Shown in pieces: positions 13,007 through 26,282 of a stretch of DNA of 64,000 nt. The first letter of the stretch is position 1; every line of letters begins with the position of its first letter. The position numbers and the translations under genes are program-made. Source of the DNA: Harriotta raleighana. Lineage: Eukaryota. The DNA lies in assembly GCA_050575255.1 (NCBI GenBank), contig JBNZDD010013632.1, positions 1,461,660-1,525,659 of the forward strand, given 5' to 3'. The notes below the pieces were generated by a model. The model was given only the letters and a program-made list of their open reading frames with translations, did no database searches and was not told the DNA's origin.

Positions 13007-14799
13007 ATTTTTTTCCCAATTCACTGTGCAAGCTTAAAACAATTTGCCTTCAGCCTCCTATTGCTTCTCCAATGACTAGCAGTTTGGGACACTGGAAGTA
13101 CATTAGCATAGACTTAACCACTGTTTTTAAATGGTCATATATAAAGTAGTGTACCTCTAGGTTGAAACGTTCCTTTATTTGTTGAACACTGAAGAAACTA
13201 TCCTATAATATGTCAAAGTTAATTGCCATGTCAGTTAACATGTTTTATTCCTGGGGTAAATATATGCCCGATATCTTGGGTAGGGTTTGTACATTTAAGT
13301 ACATGGTAGGTTTGCTGGATTTGGGCTAATAGAGAGACATGCCCTATAGGGGAGGAGAGTGAGCAGAATCTGTCATTCATAAAGTATCAGCACTGTCATA
13401 AGTATAGAGGTGACATTTGCTCTCTGCAGGACTAGGTCAGGTTGACAGCCATGAAGAACAACATAAAGGTGGCAACGNAAAGTATCAGCACTGTCATAAG
13501 TATAGAGGTGACATTTGCTCTCTGCAGGTCTAGGTCAGGTTGACAGCCATGAAGAACAACATAAAGGTGGCAACGATATGGCAACGATTGGTGCTATTTA
13601 TGTTGCTGTTCGTGGGTGTCGATGCAAATAGAGAGAAAAATGACAGTGTCCTTTGTAGATAAATTATGAAATTACCTGCAAGTAAGCAACAAAAAATTAT
13701 ATGATAGCTCAAGATTGTCACTCATTGCAGTACAGTAGATGTTCACTGTAACCTGATTCCTGGAAGCCAGCCAGATGGTGCATTTAAAGGAAGAATGTGT
13801 CACAGTCAGAGTTGCACATCTTTTTCCATCTCACAGTAGTAACTTTTCAAAAGCACATTCGATTGTGCTAAACTTTAATTTTTTTGCTGCTTCCAACTTT
13901 CCTTTCTTTTGAGTTCCGCTTATCTTTTCTGCAACGTAAAAGCTGTAAAAGCAAGGTGCATATTGATCCTGTGTTGTATTGATATTGACAAAATAATAGC
14001 ATTCCAGAGGTCACTTATGCTTGACTATGTTGATTAATATCTGCAAGGGGTTAACCAGGTCATTTACCTAGCACCATTTGCTATTTGAATCAACGCATCA
14101 ATTCACTTAATTGTTCAACTGTTGTTGCTCCATTTCACATCAGCACTGAGGTGCCTTCACAGCTCGAGCAGATTTAGAAAGTGGGTGCTGTGGGTGGATT
14201 TAACTTCTTAAATCCACCTCTGCATGTGCAACATTCCTCAAAGCTCTACAAACACAACTTGTCAACCTTCGTAAATCACAATCTCTCCCTCTCTCCCTCC
14301 CTCCTCAGCCTATGAACTGGAGTAAATCCAAAACTGACATTTAATAGAGGGTAATAATCAATAAGAATTTGTGTTGTACACTGCACTGCCGAATAAGTGC
14401 ACTCTGATCTGCTCATGAGAAAGAAAAATCATAGTACAGAACCCCACAGGCAATCCTCCATTTATAACACTCAAGTGGATTCTATGTTATTTAAAGACTT
14501 AATAATTTACACTTTCAATCCTTTTAAATGCAGACTATTAAAGGGACACTATGTTCATGAAAAATTGGTACGGAAAACCTTTAATTCTTTGCAAATGCGC
14601 TGCACGCTACATGGTGGTACGACTTCACCATAAAGTAAGCAACGTGCCACTGTTCTAGCACCTCTTCCTATCCAAGACAAGAAATCGGCAGCCATTTATT
14701 TTCAGGAAGAAAGCCCCTCTATTGGTAGTCTCCCAATTCTCATTCCTCCTCTGAGCCTACCTTCTCAAAACTCCAGGAGGAATTAAATTCATAGAATGA

Positions 14800-14935
14800 A
14801 CCTGTGCACAATTGGCTGCCTTGTTTCGCCTACAGATGTGCAGTCAATTTACTTTAAAATATATTCTGCAAAATGCATTGAGACACTGTGATGATGTGGT
14901 AAAGTGCTACATCAAATACAAGGGTTATTATTATT
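14800..14935 (+). mobile_element. Family A SINE 3' half
   Basis: ctgtgcacaattggctgcc...atcaaatacaagggttattattatt, directly upstream of a full-length copy. Confidence 0.75.
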
Positions 14936-14939
14936 GTGT

Positions 14940-15253
14940 AGTCCAGTAGCTCAGTGGTTAGAGCACTTGGCTTGCAAGCGAGACACCTGGTTTTGATTCC
15001 AGGCAGGGCAAACCTTGGGTAAATTACCCTTACTCCACATGCCTGATAATAATCACTCAAAGAAAACCAATAATAAATTTGGTTATTTCAATCCACGACT
15101 TTCTGTGGCACACTGCTGTGCGCAACTGGCTGACACATATCACTCATAAATATAGAGTCAATTCAGTATTTACAGTATTTTCTGTGAAGCATTTTGCGAC
15201 GTCCAGAAAACGCTATATCAAATGCGAGGATTATTTATTATCATAATTATTAT
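14940..15253 (+). mobile_element. Near full-length tRNA-derived SINE (family A)
   Basis: A-box tagctcagtggttagag, B-box-like ggttttgattcc, and body and tail colinear with 39859-40180. Confidence 0.9.
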
Positions 15254-15534
15254 TTCAGCCCCAATAAGTAACCAGACAACTATGTGAATTTTGGTTCTGC
15301 CTCTTGACTCAATCCAGAGAAGTACAGTTTAAAATATTTTAAAAGTAGTTTCACAAAGTTTGCCAGACTGACGTTAGGTTCAAACAATGTGATAACATCA
15401 CCATGTCAGCAGTTACCTCTGTCACAAAGAACATTTCTGAAAAAACATTCAATGTTCATAGTTCTCCTGGCATCTCAGTTGTTACAGCAGGTGCTCATCA
15501 TGAAATTGAGATATAGAGCCCACAATAGGTGCTT

Positions 15535-15740
15535 AAGAACATAAGAATTAGGAGCAGGAGTAGGCCATTCGGCCCTTCGAGCCTGGCCCACCATTCAATA
15601 AGATCATGGCTGATCTTCTGACCTAACTCTAATTACCTGCCCTATCCTCATATTCCCTAATCCCTCTATCTTTAAAAAAAATCTATCTGTCTCAGCCTTG
15701 AAAATGTTCAAGGACTGAGTATCTACAGCCTTCTGAGTGA
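15535..15740 (-). mobile_element. CR1 LINE 3' end (second subfamily)
   Basis: aagaacataagaattaggagcaggagtaggccattcggcccttcgagcc...aagatcatggctgatc is a typical CR1 terminus in antisense. Confidence 0.85.
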
Positions 15741-17536
15741 GAATCAGTGTCAATACCAGACTATGCTGAATGAGTTGATTTCAGATGGACAACAATGGGA
15801 AAGGTTACAATTACCCACAGTGGCTCTGTGCCAGGAGTTGGGAGGGGAGTTCCAGCCATCACTGACTCTCTTTGGGAAGGGTGGGTGAAGATCAGAGAAC
15901 TGAAATTTCTCATGGCCTTAGTTTTAAGGTTGTAATTTTGAAGATGGTGCAGAGATTTGGAAAATTCGCAAATTCAGTCTCAATTGGATCCAATTATTTT
16001 TTCTTTTTAAGAACAGTTCTGCACTATGTTAAAAGTTTCAGTTTGGGTTGTCGTAATTGAGTCAAGAATCAAATTCGGCAGTGATTATAATATTGAATTT
16101 TGCATTCTCTCACGGAGGAACAACTTTTCTTCACAATCATTGTCCTGCCTGGCAGAGGGTGGAAGAATGTGGGAGATAGTGCCTCAGGCGCCTGAACTTG
16201 CAGAAATGGAAAGCAGAAAACAATATTTAATAAAAGTTGCAAAATGCATCTTCAATAGATAGAGGTCATCAAGGCAACGCGTCTTCAGATGAGTTTTTCC
16301 AATCACTCTGCTGCAGGATTTTCCAGCCATTTATAGTGTTCTTGAAACAGGCAGTGTAACAATAAAATGTCTTTAAAATACAGAAAATTCAACTTTACAT
16401 TCAAAAAACCTTCCCACTTTAATTCTGAAGCCAGCATATAAAAGTAACAATGAAAATGTAGAAGTATGAAATTATATTTTTTGTTTAGAATCCATGAAAA
16501 TGATATGAATGTTATAAATCTCTGATTTATGTATTTATATACCATTTAGATAACATCAATACTAGGGACATTCCCACAATTACTGCTGGTCATTCAATGA
16601 GGAAATAATATCAGATTTTCATTGAGCAAAATGAAGTAACTGCTGGACTTAAGTGATTAGGAAAGGTTATATTTTGAATGCTGTAATCTTGTCAAGTGGC
16701 AAGTGCTGAGTAACTAAATGACAAACTTCAGGAGGCCCCTGTGGTCAAATTTCATGCTGATGAGATCCTTGTTGCACGGAATGACCATTGATTTAGTCTG
16801 GCATTCGATGTGTCTGTGCAAGAACACCTAAACGAAATGCATTGATTCAAGCAACTTTGAGCTATGTGTATGCAGACTATAACTATGGTGTCCCTAGTGG
16901 ACTAAAAGCATAAAATAGATGGATTTGTGAAGTGCGTTAAGAGCGGCCCAACTTGAGATTTTGGTTGTTGGACTATGGCCTTTTAATGCCATTTTACACG
17001 GAAGTAACATAACTAAATGGATATCCTGCAAATCAGGAACCCAAGATGAGAAAAACATATTTCATAAAATGTTCATCAAATGTATTTTGCAACAGAGAAA
17101 GATCATTGAAGTAACACATGTTCAAATGAGTTTTTCATCAAAAGCAATTTAATAAAATTTGACAATGACGACCAAAGCAAAGCATCTTTTCAGCCATGCC
17201 TGAGCACTACCACTACCAGTATTCAGGAACACCATAAATTGGATTCCAATAACTAGATAATTTGGGGAAATGAGATCCAAATACTGTGGACCTAAGCAGA
17301 AGGGAGTAGATAAAATGATCAGTATTAACAGTCTGGCCAGAACTGTGTAACTTTCAAAAAACATTAGCATTAATTGAAACTCTGAAGGAAAATGCTTTAT
17401 CCTGGTCTTAATTGTCACATTTCATTTAGTTCCCTTTGGTGACATGCTTCACTGTTGCCAGTTTGGTAAAGGCAGGTTTTTGCCTTTAAGCAAGCATGGC
17501 TGAGTATGTATATACACGTAGATTTACATGTATGAC

Positions 17537-17603
17537 CTTGGCTTCTCTGTTTCAAGTTTTGGACTTCACGATGATACCTTGTTTCATAATCATTCCACAT
17601 TAC
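17537..17603 (-). CDS. Candidate exon (VMWNDYETRYHREVQNLKQRSQ)
   Basis: tttctcatatgcactctcag acceptor with an open frame, but the donor (AAG|gtcata) is weak. Phase-compatible with 18727-18797. Confidence 0.15.
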
Positions 17604-18038
17604 CTGAGAGTGCATATGAGAAATGGCAGGTTACTGCTTTTCAGAACATAACAAAGTGTGGAACATTTTAAACGTTCTAGAGTAAGGAGTACAGTATACC
17701 CATAACATTTTAGCCATTTAAATGCAATGCCAAAAAATATAATAGTTTTACAGTTGAAGTCCCAATTTCTTCAGGTTGAGCAATATTACTTGTGACAGTT
17801 TGTGTTTGTCAGTCCTGTATATCGAGTTCACAGATTAATTTTCAAGCTGGTGCCTATGAAGCTCTAACAGGCTATTAAATGTGAGAAAGTGGAGCAAGTG
17901 AAAGCTCATCATTCGTTTAAATCGAGTCTCATTTGAGCTTCATGTTCCGTACAGTGTGCTTGCAAAGCTTCACAATAATAATTATTATTAATAATCAATG
18001 CATTTGATTTAGCACCTTTCACTTTGGGAGGCAATCCT

Positions 18039-18298
18039 AAAGCATTTCAAAGAATTTACAGTAAAGCGTAGTGACTGTGTATTTTTAGAAGCAAAGCTTG
18101 GTAGGGTACACGGAGTTATGAAAAGCTATTTTATGTTCGAAAAGTCAGTGACTAAGGCCTTATATACAAAGCATTTCAAAGAATTTACAGTAAAGCGTAG
18201 TGACTGTGTATTTTTAGAAGCAAAGCTTGGTAGGGTACACGGAGTTATGAAAAGCTATTTTATATTTGAAAAGTCAGTGACTAAGGCCTTATATACAA
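18039..18298 (+). repeat. Tandem duplication, 129-bp unit x2
   Basis: Copies start at 18039 and 18168 and differ at 2 positions (tatgttcg vs tatatttg). There is no N between them. The unit contains part of an antisense SINE tail plus unique sequence. Confidence 0.9.
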
Positions 18299-18578
18299 TT
18301 TCAGCATTCCTGTGTGATCTGGTTAGCATACGTACCCGGATCACTTCAATACTCATCCAATTCAATTGCCAAAAGACTGTGGTATTTACATAACAATGGA
18401 CATCAACCAGCTCTGTATCCACCGATTGATGAGAGATAGAAAGAGAGGTCATGCTGAGTCAGTCAATAACAACTGCACTCAATACAGTAGTAAACTGCAG
18501 ACAAAAATCCAAATTTACTGCTGTATTCCATCACAGTTTCTGTACGTGTCCCGACCATGTTTTTCTTGTCCTTTGCAG

Positions 18579-18650
18579 CTTTAGAAGATTGCTTCCTGAG
18601 CTCATACATCAAATGGAGGAGACTCCATTGCTGCTTGGAGGCTTAAGAAG
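18579..18650 (+). CDS. Candidate 72-nt exon (FRRLLPELIHQMEETPLLLGGLR)
   Basis: Strong acceptor ttttcttgtcctttgcag and donor AAG|gtgact. Length is divisible by 3 and one frame is open. Unrecognised. Confidence 0.2.
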
Positions 18651-18726
18651 GTGACTGGTTGACATCCAGTCACTTGACAAAGCATCCTCAATATGACCTG
18701 AATACCTTCAATCGAGTTTGACTTAC

Positions 18727-18797
18727 AGTATTCAGCCACTCTGTAGGGCTCTGATCAACTGCAAACTCATTAGACAAAGGAATATCTAACGGCATGC
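18727..18797 (-). CDS. Candidate exon (MPLDIPLSNEFAVDQSPTEWLNT)
   Basis: Consensus donor ACT|gtaagt and a moderate acceptor; one frame is open. Unrecognised. Confidence 0.2.
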
Positions 18798-19233
18798 CTG
18801 GTTGCCGTGTATAGTGAAACAGAAAGGCAAGTAAAGTACAGCCATTTTCAAGAGTTATTGGCAGTTTATTGTCAAACCGCACAGAGGCATTAACTTTATA
18901 TCTGCATAGCTGTGCCTTCAGATAGCCCACTCAGCACCAAGAGTGAGATAGATTGCAATACCGTTTGAATGTACAAAGCAGCGTTTATTTGGAAAGAGCA
19001 GCGCACATCAAGGAAAGTTACAATTCTTAATCAAAAATAATGGGTCTCACTTGAAAAGAATGTGGGGCTGATATTCCTTTTGCACAAAGCACAAGCAACT
19101 TTGACAAAATCCCATTATAACTGCATATCATCAAAGTCGCTATACTTCACGGCGCAAGGAATTTTTCTCCTGTGATTTTGACAGTTCTGTTTTTGATATA
19201 TTTCTTTTCATTTATGATCAAAACAAACATATA

Positions 19234-19393
19234 CAGTAAATTTTCATTATAACACTGATTTACTGCTGTCATGTTTATGGATATCCTAATAAATAAAGAA
19301 CACATACAGTATAATTTTGCCGGTAACATGCCCTTCACTATAATGTTGCTCCGTTATGGGTCCCATAGGGAGTGTTATAATAAGGGATTACTA
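19234..19393. mobile_element. Small degenerate Tigger-like MITE
   Basis: Left ta|cagtaaattttcattataacac versus reverse-complemented right end tagtaatcccttattataacac. Confidence 0.55.
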
Positions 19394-19604
19394 TGCTGTA
19401 CTGTGTACTGCTATCATTTTTCACTTTGATGAGGAAATAAAAAGATTAACAGCGGATAATCTCTAAGTGCAAACGCCAAAACGCAAAATAGGGAAAGAGA
19501 TTGCTTCTGAAGTCAGTGTTTGAATCATCTTAAAGCAGAAATTCCTTACTCACTCCAACCCCCTCCGCCTTGAGCTCCTTAGAAATGAATCCAAGATGTC
19601 TCAG

Positions 19605-19955
19605 AGTAATTTGATACAGTGCCTTTTCTTGTCTTCAAGACGTCTCCACACCTTTCATAGAATATACTGTAAAGTGGATTGACTGTATAGTTTGTGCATG
19701 AAATGCGCCAGCCAATTTGCGCATAGCCAGTGTCTCACAAACATAGATTGAGTGACCAATTTAAAAAAAAGATGTTTTAAAGGAGTTGCTCCCCCCCAGA
19801 ACAATGATCTGCCAATCGACTATCAACCAGGCTCGTACTTACTGCCAGGTAAATAGATGCAGGTTGAATAAGGAAACTTGTCTAATGTTTCAAACCTAAA
19901 ACAAGTCTCTCGCTTGCGAGGTGAGCAGAGTGCTCTAATCACTGAGCTGCAGGAC
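19605..19955 (-). mobile_element. Family A SINE, long variant with extra central module
   Basis: Antisense tRNA head (ctctaatcactgagctgcaggac), module caaccaggctcgtacttactgccaggtaaataga, and a family A tail. Confidence 0.7.
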
Positions 19956-20705
19956 AAATACATATTGTTGTTGTTGTTGTTGTTGTGACCTCTTATTGCA
20001 TATGCAGCCGATATACCAGCAGATGCAGTGACTTTGACTACATAGACTCTATGCATTCTGCTCCTTCTGCATTTGTAATGCACCCATTAATTACAGTAGT
20101 ACACAAGAATCTGTGTTGCTTTCAAAGTACCTGACATCTCAGCATGCAAACATTTCCTCTCTACTTTTTAACATTTTCCTTCAAGTTGTGTTTGTGTGGA
20201 TAAGACTGTAGTTGTTGTTGAATGGCAGATGATATAAGCACAAGTCTTTTCTAACCTCCTACAATGTGATGAGCCTCAATTTTCAGACCCTCATTTGAAC
20301 AGCACCATCAAATACATTAGCCTAACCAAACCTATCATATATTTATTGTTTGTCAATTAGCTTCTGAGGTTGTAAGCCCCAGAGATGACGATTTGAACTT
20401 TGACTAAAAAAATCTGTTCATTCATTTATGATAAGTATAAGTATTTATGATAAGTGTACAAAGGATGGAGGTCAAAATATACCAGCAGATGCAGTGACTT
20501 TGACTACTTAGGCTCTAGCTTAGTCTATACCACGAGAGTGAAAGCCTTCTGCCTGTTCCAAGGGAACAGGGAAAGTGGTTTAGATTGTTGCAGTTCTCAT
20601 AAATTTGTACGTTGTATTTCTTATATTTTAAAAAAAGTAATTAATTCCATGAACAATTAATTGGGGGACATTGCTGTATACAAATTGACTGCCAAAGAAA
20701 GTCAC

Positions 20706-21418
20706 TACACTCTTCAAAATATTTTGTGCACGCTTTGAGACATTTCAGTGGGATAAGGTGCTGTATCAAATTGCAAGGATTTATATTATTTTATTGCTCT
20801 TCCAGAATAACAACCATACAGTCTTCCCAGGACAGGAACAATATGTTTTGAAAGCGAGTCCAACTCCCTGACCTCAAGTCACTTTTCCTGGAAACCTGTA
20901 TCCAGCTGTTCATTATCCTCTGCAAAACATATTTATCTTGACCTAAATTTGTCCTTCACAACCCCGAATGTGTCCTCCTGACCTACTGCCAGAGAATCTG
21001 AAGACGATGTGTGTGCATGTGTGTGTGCTTTGTGGGGTGGGTTGAGGGGCTCATTTATCTTGTTGCTGCTTCCAAAGTTGGGATGCTGTGACTGCTTCTG
21101 GAGGCAACACTTTGTTTCTATTACACGGCTACTCAAGAAGAGTAGAGCTTTGACTGGATGCATTGAAAGCATTAGCAGCAATGCAACAACAACAGAATTA
21201 CACTTGTATTGCGCCTTTCACATGCTGCAACCTTACAGAAAAGTGGCTGTGGTCAGGGAGTTGGACTCGCTTTCAAAACATATTGTTCCTGTCCTGGGAA
21301 GACTGTATGGTTGTTATTCTGGAAGAGCAATAAAATAAAATAAATCCTTGCAATTTGATACAGCACCTTATCCCAATGAAATGTCTCAAAGCGTGCACAA
21401 AATATTTTGAAGAGTGTA
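20706..21418. repeat. Inverted duplication: arms 20706-20873 and 21251-21418, spacer ~377 bp
   Basis: The arms are reverse complements with only about 2-3 differences. Each contains a SINE tail plus ~80 bp of otherwise unique sequence. Confidence 0.92.
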
Positions 21419-23383
21419 AACATTGAAAAGCATGAACCGATTCATCACTTGAAAGGATCTCCTTCCAATATCTGTACAAATAAGTACCAGCAGATTACAT
21501 ACCACTCCTTCATGACATCAGCCACTATGATGAGAGAAGTAGATAACAGTAGATGTAAAGATGGTTAGAATTGTTTGCTGAGAAAACACAGCATCCTATT
21601 GGATAGGAAGGCTGTTTTACTGTGTGCACAAGAAAAGCAAGTCTTGGTAAGCATCATAATTTCAGAATAATTCAAAAACAGGGAGAGGCATGCACTCAAC
21701 AGATAGCTCATGGGATGAATGACTTGTCCAGCTCATTCATTTGTTTCTGATATTCAGGAAGGGAAGGAATTAGAAATGGCCAATTTCAGAAGAAGGTGAT
21801 GTGAAATGTCCATGCGAAAGATGGCACTAAGTTACTGATGGAGTTGGAAAAATCCTATGGCTATTTACTGCTCTGAACCCCAAATTGCTGGTTTTATTTG
21901 GAAATGTTTCCTATTCATCATCTGTTTTGGATAGAGGTCAGTGCAAACAGGCAGCGGAGACAACTGGAAAAGAGAGAAATTGGTCTCAGATAAGTGATAG
22001 TGGGACTTTGTGTAAGATGGGCATCAAGACAGTAGTTAAATGAAGAATATATCTGATTTATATATATTCAAAAAGCTGCTTTTGTCTAATTATTAGTAGT
22101 TAATACAGTAACAGGATGTAAAGCCACTTGTGGCTCTAAAAACATATGAATGCAAAGCATATCTAATCCTTTCTACAATTTGCCACAACATTTGTACCAA
22201 TTATAACAATGGTGCACAGCAACACATTTCTTGCATACCTTTCCAGTTGACCTGGAAAAATAAATTGTTGAGCATAAACTAGAAGATTTGCTGGGAACAA
22301 GCAGAAAGATCTAAGGCTTTGCTATTATCAAAAATATAGGCCTTTACATATTTATAAGCAGGGGGAAAAAAAAATCCTGTGTAATTTACAGCTCAAATTG
22401 CTTTAGATCGAGATGACATAATGGATACACGAAGGGAAAAAAAGCTCAGAAACAAGGGAGCACTGAGAGAGGTTGCCTTCAGAAAATGTAGTTCCCTGAT
22501 TTTTGTGATTGTTGGTGTGCAATAACCATATGTGTGAGTTTATGTGTGACAGCCATTTCAACTGTAAAGATGAAAGATGGGGTTTCTTTTGAATTTAATG
22601 AATGATGCTAGGTGGATGTTAGTGTTTATAATAGTGATATGTGGCATCTTCCCTTCACATCACATCTTGCTTTTTATTAATCTTAATGTGTGTTATTTTG
22701 TCCCTACGTATACCAATAGTATCTCATTAAGCTTCAACATACATGAAAGTAATCTTTTAACAGCAGTTACTGTGGGTCTTAGTAACTACTTGTGCAATGA
22801 ATAGTTTGGGCAGCTATCAACATCCATCCTATCGTTAACTTACAGAAGCTGGCAAATTTATCAGTGTCTGTGGAATTGTGAATACAGAATTGGAAATAAT
22901 TTGGGAATTGAATCGATAGAGAACCCAAAAAATAGAATTGTGTTTGACCGCAAAACGGGTATCACAGCTGAGCCGAGTCCTGGCCTCACTGTGTCCACCT
23001 TGTAAACCTTCCAGGTTAGGCCTCTGGAGAGCAATCAACAGAAGCTTACTTTCCCTCCCTAACCCATAGGCACTGAGACAATTTGTTGTGCCCCAATTAC
23101 TGTCCAGCTGGAAATCAATACTCGGCTGCATTGAATGCAAGTTTGACATATTGCAGCCCTATGGAGCAAAATGAAACAAAACGGAACGACAAATCACGTC
23201 CAAGGGAAGTAGGGATGCAGCGACAGGAGGAGCCCATTGAACGTGTCTGCCAGATAATTAAATCTGAGCAACAAGACTTTACAATTGTAGTACATTCATG
23301 TTAAGATGATGTAGCCAAGGCTTACTATACAACAATTTTTAAAATCCCATTACCCAGGTTTTTTGTTCTGAGCTTTACAGTAT

Positions 23384-23747
23384 ATAATAATAATTCTTGC
23401 ATTTGATATTGTGTCATATCACATCTTTGAAATGTCTCAAAGAGCTTCACAGAATATACTGTAAAGTGAATCGATTATGGGCAAAACGCGGCCGTCAATT
23501 GCACACAGCAGTGTTCCACAAACAGTCATGGATTGAAGTGACCAATTTATTATTTACAATTTTTTTTAAGGCATATTACCCTGGAAAAGTGATCCATCGA
23601 TCGACAGGCAACCAGGTTCCTACTCACTGCTGGGTAAACAGAGGCGGGTCAAGCAAGGATACTTACCCAACATTTCACTTGCTGGGAATCAAACCCAGGT
23701 CTCTCGCTTGTGAGTCAAGCAGTCTAACCACTGAGCTACAGAACTCC
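23384..23747 (-). mobile_element. Full-length family A SINE, long variant with extra central module
   Basis: Antisense head (aaccactgagctacagaactcc; gaatcaaaccc), module caaccaggttcctactcactgctgggtaaacagagg, and tail aataattcttgcatttgatat. Confidence 0.85.
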
Positions 23748-25534
23748 ACATATTTTGTGAAGCACTTTGGAATGTCCTCCCGTTATGTAAACCACTGTAC
23801 CTAATGTAATTATTGTTATTATCTTTTCTGCACACCTCTTAATATATAATATCTTCCTGGGAATTTTAATACTTTTAACTAATTACCCAACCTTATAAAG
23901 GCATTATTAATGAACAACCAGGTGCAACCAGGAGTATCACACTGGGCCACAGCAGGGATTGGGGAAAGGATACGCTTTTTATTAAATGTTGCCTGCTCAT
24001 ATAACATTTTCATTGACCACATTTTACTCTTTCTCACAGTCTTTTATGCACAGCCCTTATTCATTGTTGGGCTGCAGGCCACAGGTATGTACATTTATGA
24101 ATGTGAGTGCTTCTGGTGGAAGTAACTATTAGTTTTTAAGTGACTTAATTCCTAATTTCCTCGTCACATACCCCATCTTCTCAATTGCTTTAAATGGGAT
24201 TATATCAAGATCAATTTCCTTTGAGTTATGAAATCTTACATTTCCACTTCCCTTGCCTCTGTGTTCCGAAAAGAGCTTCTGGGTGCTACTGTGCTTTTCT
24301 GTGTGACCCAAATATATTAGCCTTGATGAGAAATATAACTCACTGGAATTGCACGTAGCTTTGAGGTTTCGAAGGTTGGGAAAAGACCTTTCTTAGGAAG
24401 GCAGACAAATCTCTGTTAGTGTAAAGGTAGAGTTCCAGCATTGAATGAGGTGTATTGAAATGGATTTCTCTGCATTCTGACCTGTTTTTTTTATAATAGA
24501 TCCAGCTCAGAAGCCAGAAATTAATTTGGTCTTTCCTTAAATCATCTTTCTTTAAAACTAGCCTCAGGGTCCGAATGTAATCTTTCCCCAGGTATGCTGG
24601 TTGTAAGACGCTGTTTGGCATTTCCCTCCTACCACTGCACCTGGCAGCATTTCCCATTTTTTACACTTTCAGCTCAATTGATGCTGATGAATTAAGGCAC
24701 TTGGGGGCTGCAGGCACCACTCCCACTGGGAACTGGAGTAAGATTGCTGAGAACTCATTATAATCATCAGCCTTAACAACCACCAGAGTGCTGACTTCTT
24801 TTTGGCACAATTGAGCTCAGTTCAAATCCAAGGGTTTTTTTTTTTTTGCAATTGAAGGGCAAATAGCTTGACTGACCGCTTCGGAGTGGATTACAATTCT
24901 CGTTTAATGCAGTGATTCAGATACTTTTTATTCCTGTAAACGAAATGCCTTCTAGACAATGTTACTTCCATCCAAGTANACCGCTTCGGAGTGGATTACA
25001 ATTCTCGTTTAATGCAGTGATTCAGATACACTTTTTATTCCTGAAAACGAAATGCTTTCTAGACAATGTTACTTCCATCCAAGTGATAAAATAATATGGA
25101 AAAGATCAGAATGTGTCTGAATTATCCTTGACTGGTGTACTGATGGGAATCACCACAATTTTAGCAACTGTTTGCCACCAAATGTGGAGGAGAAATGGAA
25201 CCTCAGGCAGCACAAATCCCACTGGTGTACCAAGTGGAGAAATGTGGTAACACGACTAGCATGACTGACATTCAGGCAACATGAATACACACGGCTCACC
25301 CACTCCTGGAAGCTCAACAGATTGTTTCAAAGTTACTGTTTGCAAACAGATGAATGCCCCTCTACTATCATTAAATAAAGAATCATCTGATTTTGGTGTT
25401 GTATACTTTTGAATAATGCTAAATGCTGGATGTATGGGCATTTTTTTCGACCTATATTTGAAGTACTGGATGGTAGAATATACCTAGCAGTAAGTAGAAC
25501 CCTATTAGTCGATTGGAGGATTGCTTTCTGGGAT

Positions 25535-25728
25535 GATCATTCCTCAAGTAAAAGTGGTCAATACTCTACAACTGTTTGTGGGACACTGCTGTGTGAAATT
25601 GGTTGTAGCGTTTCGCCTTCAAAATATACAATCAATTCACTTTATACTGTAGTATATTCTGTGAAACACTTTGAGACGTCTCAACAACACTATAAGACGA
25701 TGTATCAAATGAACAGATTATTATTTAC
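25535..25728 (+). mobile_element. Family A SINE 3' half
   Basis: actgtttgtgggacactgctgtgtgaaattgg...tatcaaatgaacagattatt. Confidence 0.8.
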
Positions 25729-26282
25729 TAATCTTTGTGAATGAGTGAATATTCTTCTCCATTTGTTGGTATCACTTGTGTGCACGAAGGATTAACACAA
25801 CCAGGCAGAGGTTGATACATTCTGCACACTGTAAAGTGGTTCTTTGATCTTATAATTGGTAGTGTGAATTCTAGCAAAACAGTAAATGTACCTCCTCTGT
25901 ACATGTACAATGCTATGAGTGCCTACAAGTATATAAACAATGTTCAATTTTGCATGTTTCTCAATCTGAGACAAGATGCACCTGTTATGAATGTATCTAT
26001 TGCAGTGTTGCAGGATTTATATTTGGCACATGATTACAGAACTTGTGCAGTCTTTCAGCCCAGAGATGTTTAAAAGGCCTTTGAGAAGCGACGTAGAGCA
26101 CATAAAAGAAGTAAAAAAGGAACATGATGCTGGGAGGAGGTGGGAGAGATGGTGGTATACATAGATCTTTAAAGGTGGGAGTGCAGATAGAAAAAGATGA
26201 GAGAAAAGGAAAATTGAATTCTGTGTTTTTTTCATAGCAGCACTGAATACAAAAGCATAAATGTGATGTTAAATTAGCAAAA

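Noticed and set aside
13381-13575. Duplication around N13478
   Set aside because: Assembly artefact pattern.
23050-23157. Minus-strand segment with a strong acceptor and a gtaagc donor (GCNMSNLHSMQPSIDF...)
   Set aside because: Most of it aligns to the family B repeat, so it is more likely a pseudo-exon.
24876-25084. Duplication around N24979
   Set aside because: Assembly artefact pattern.
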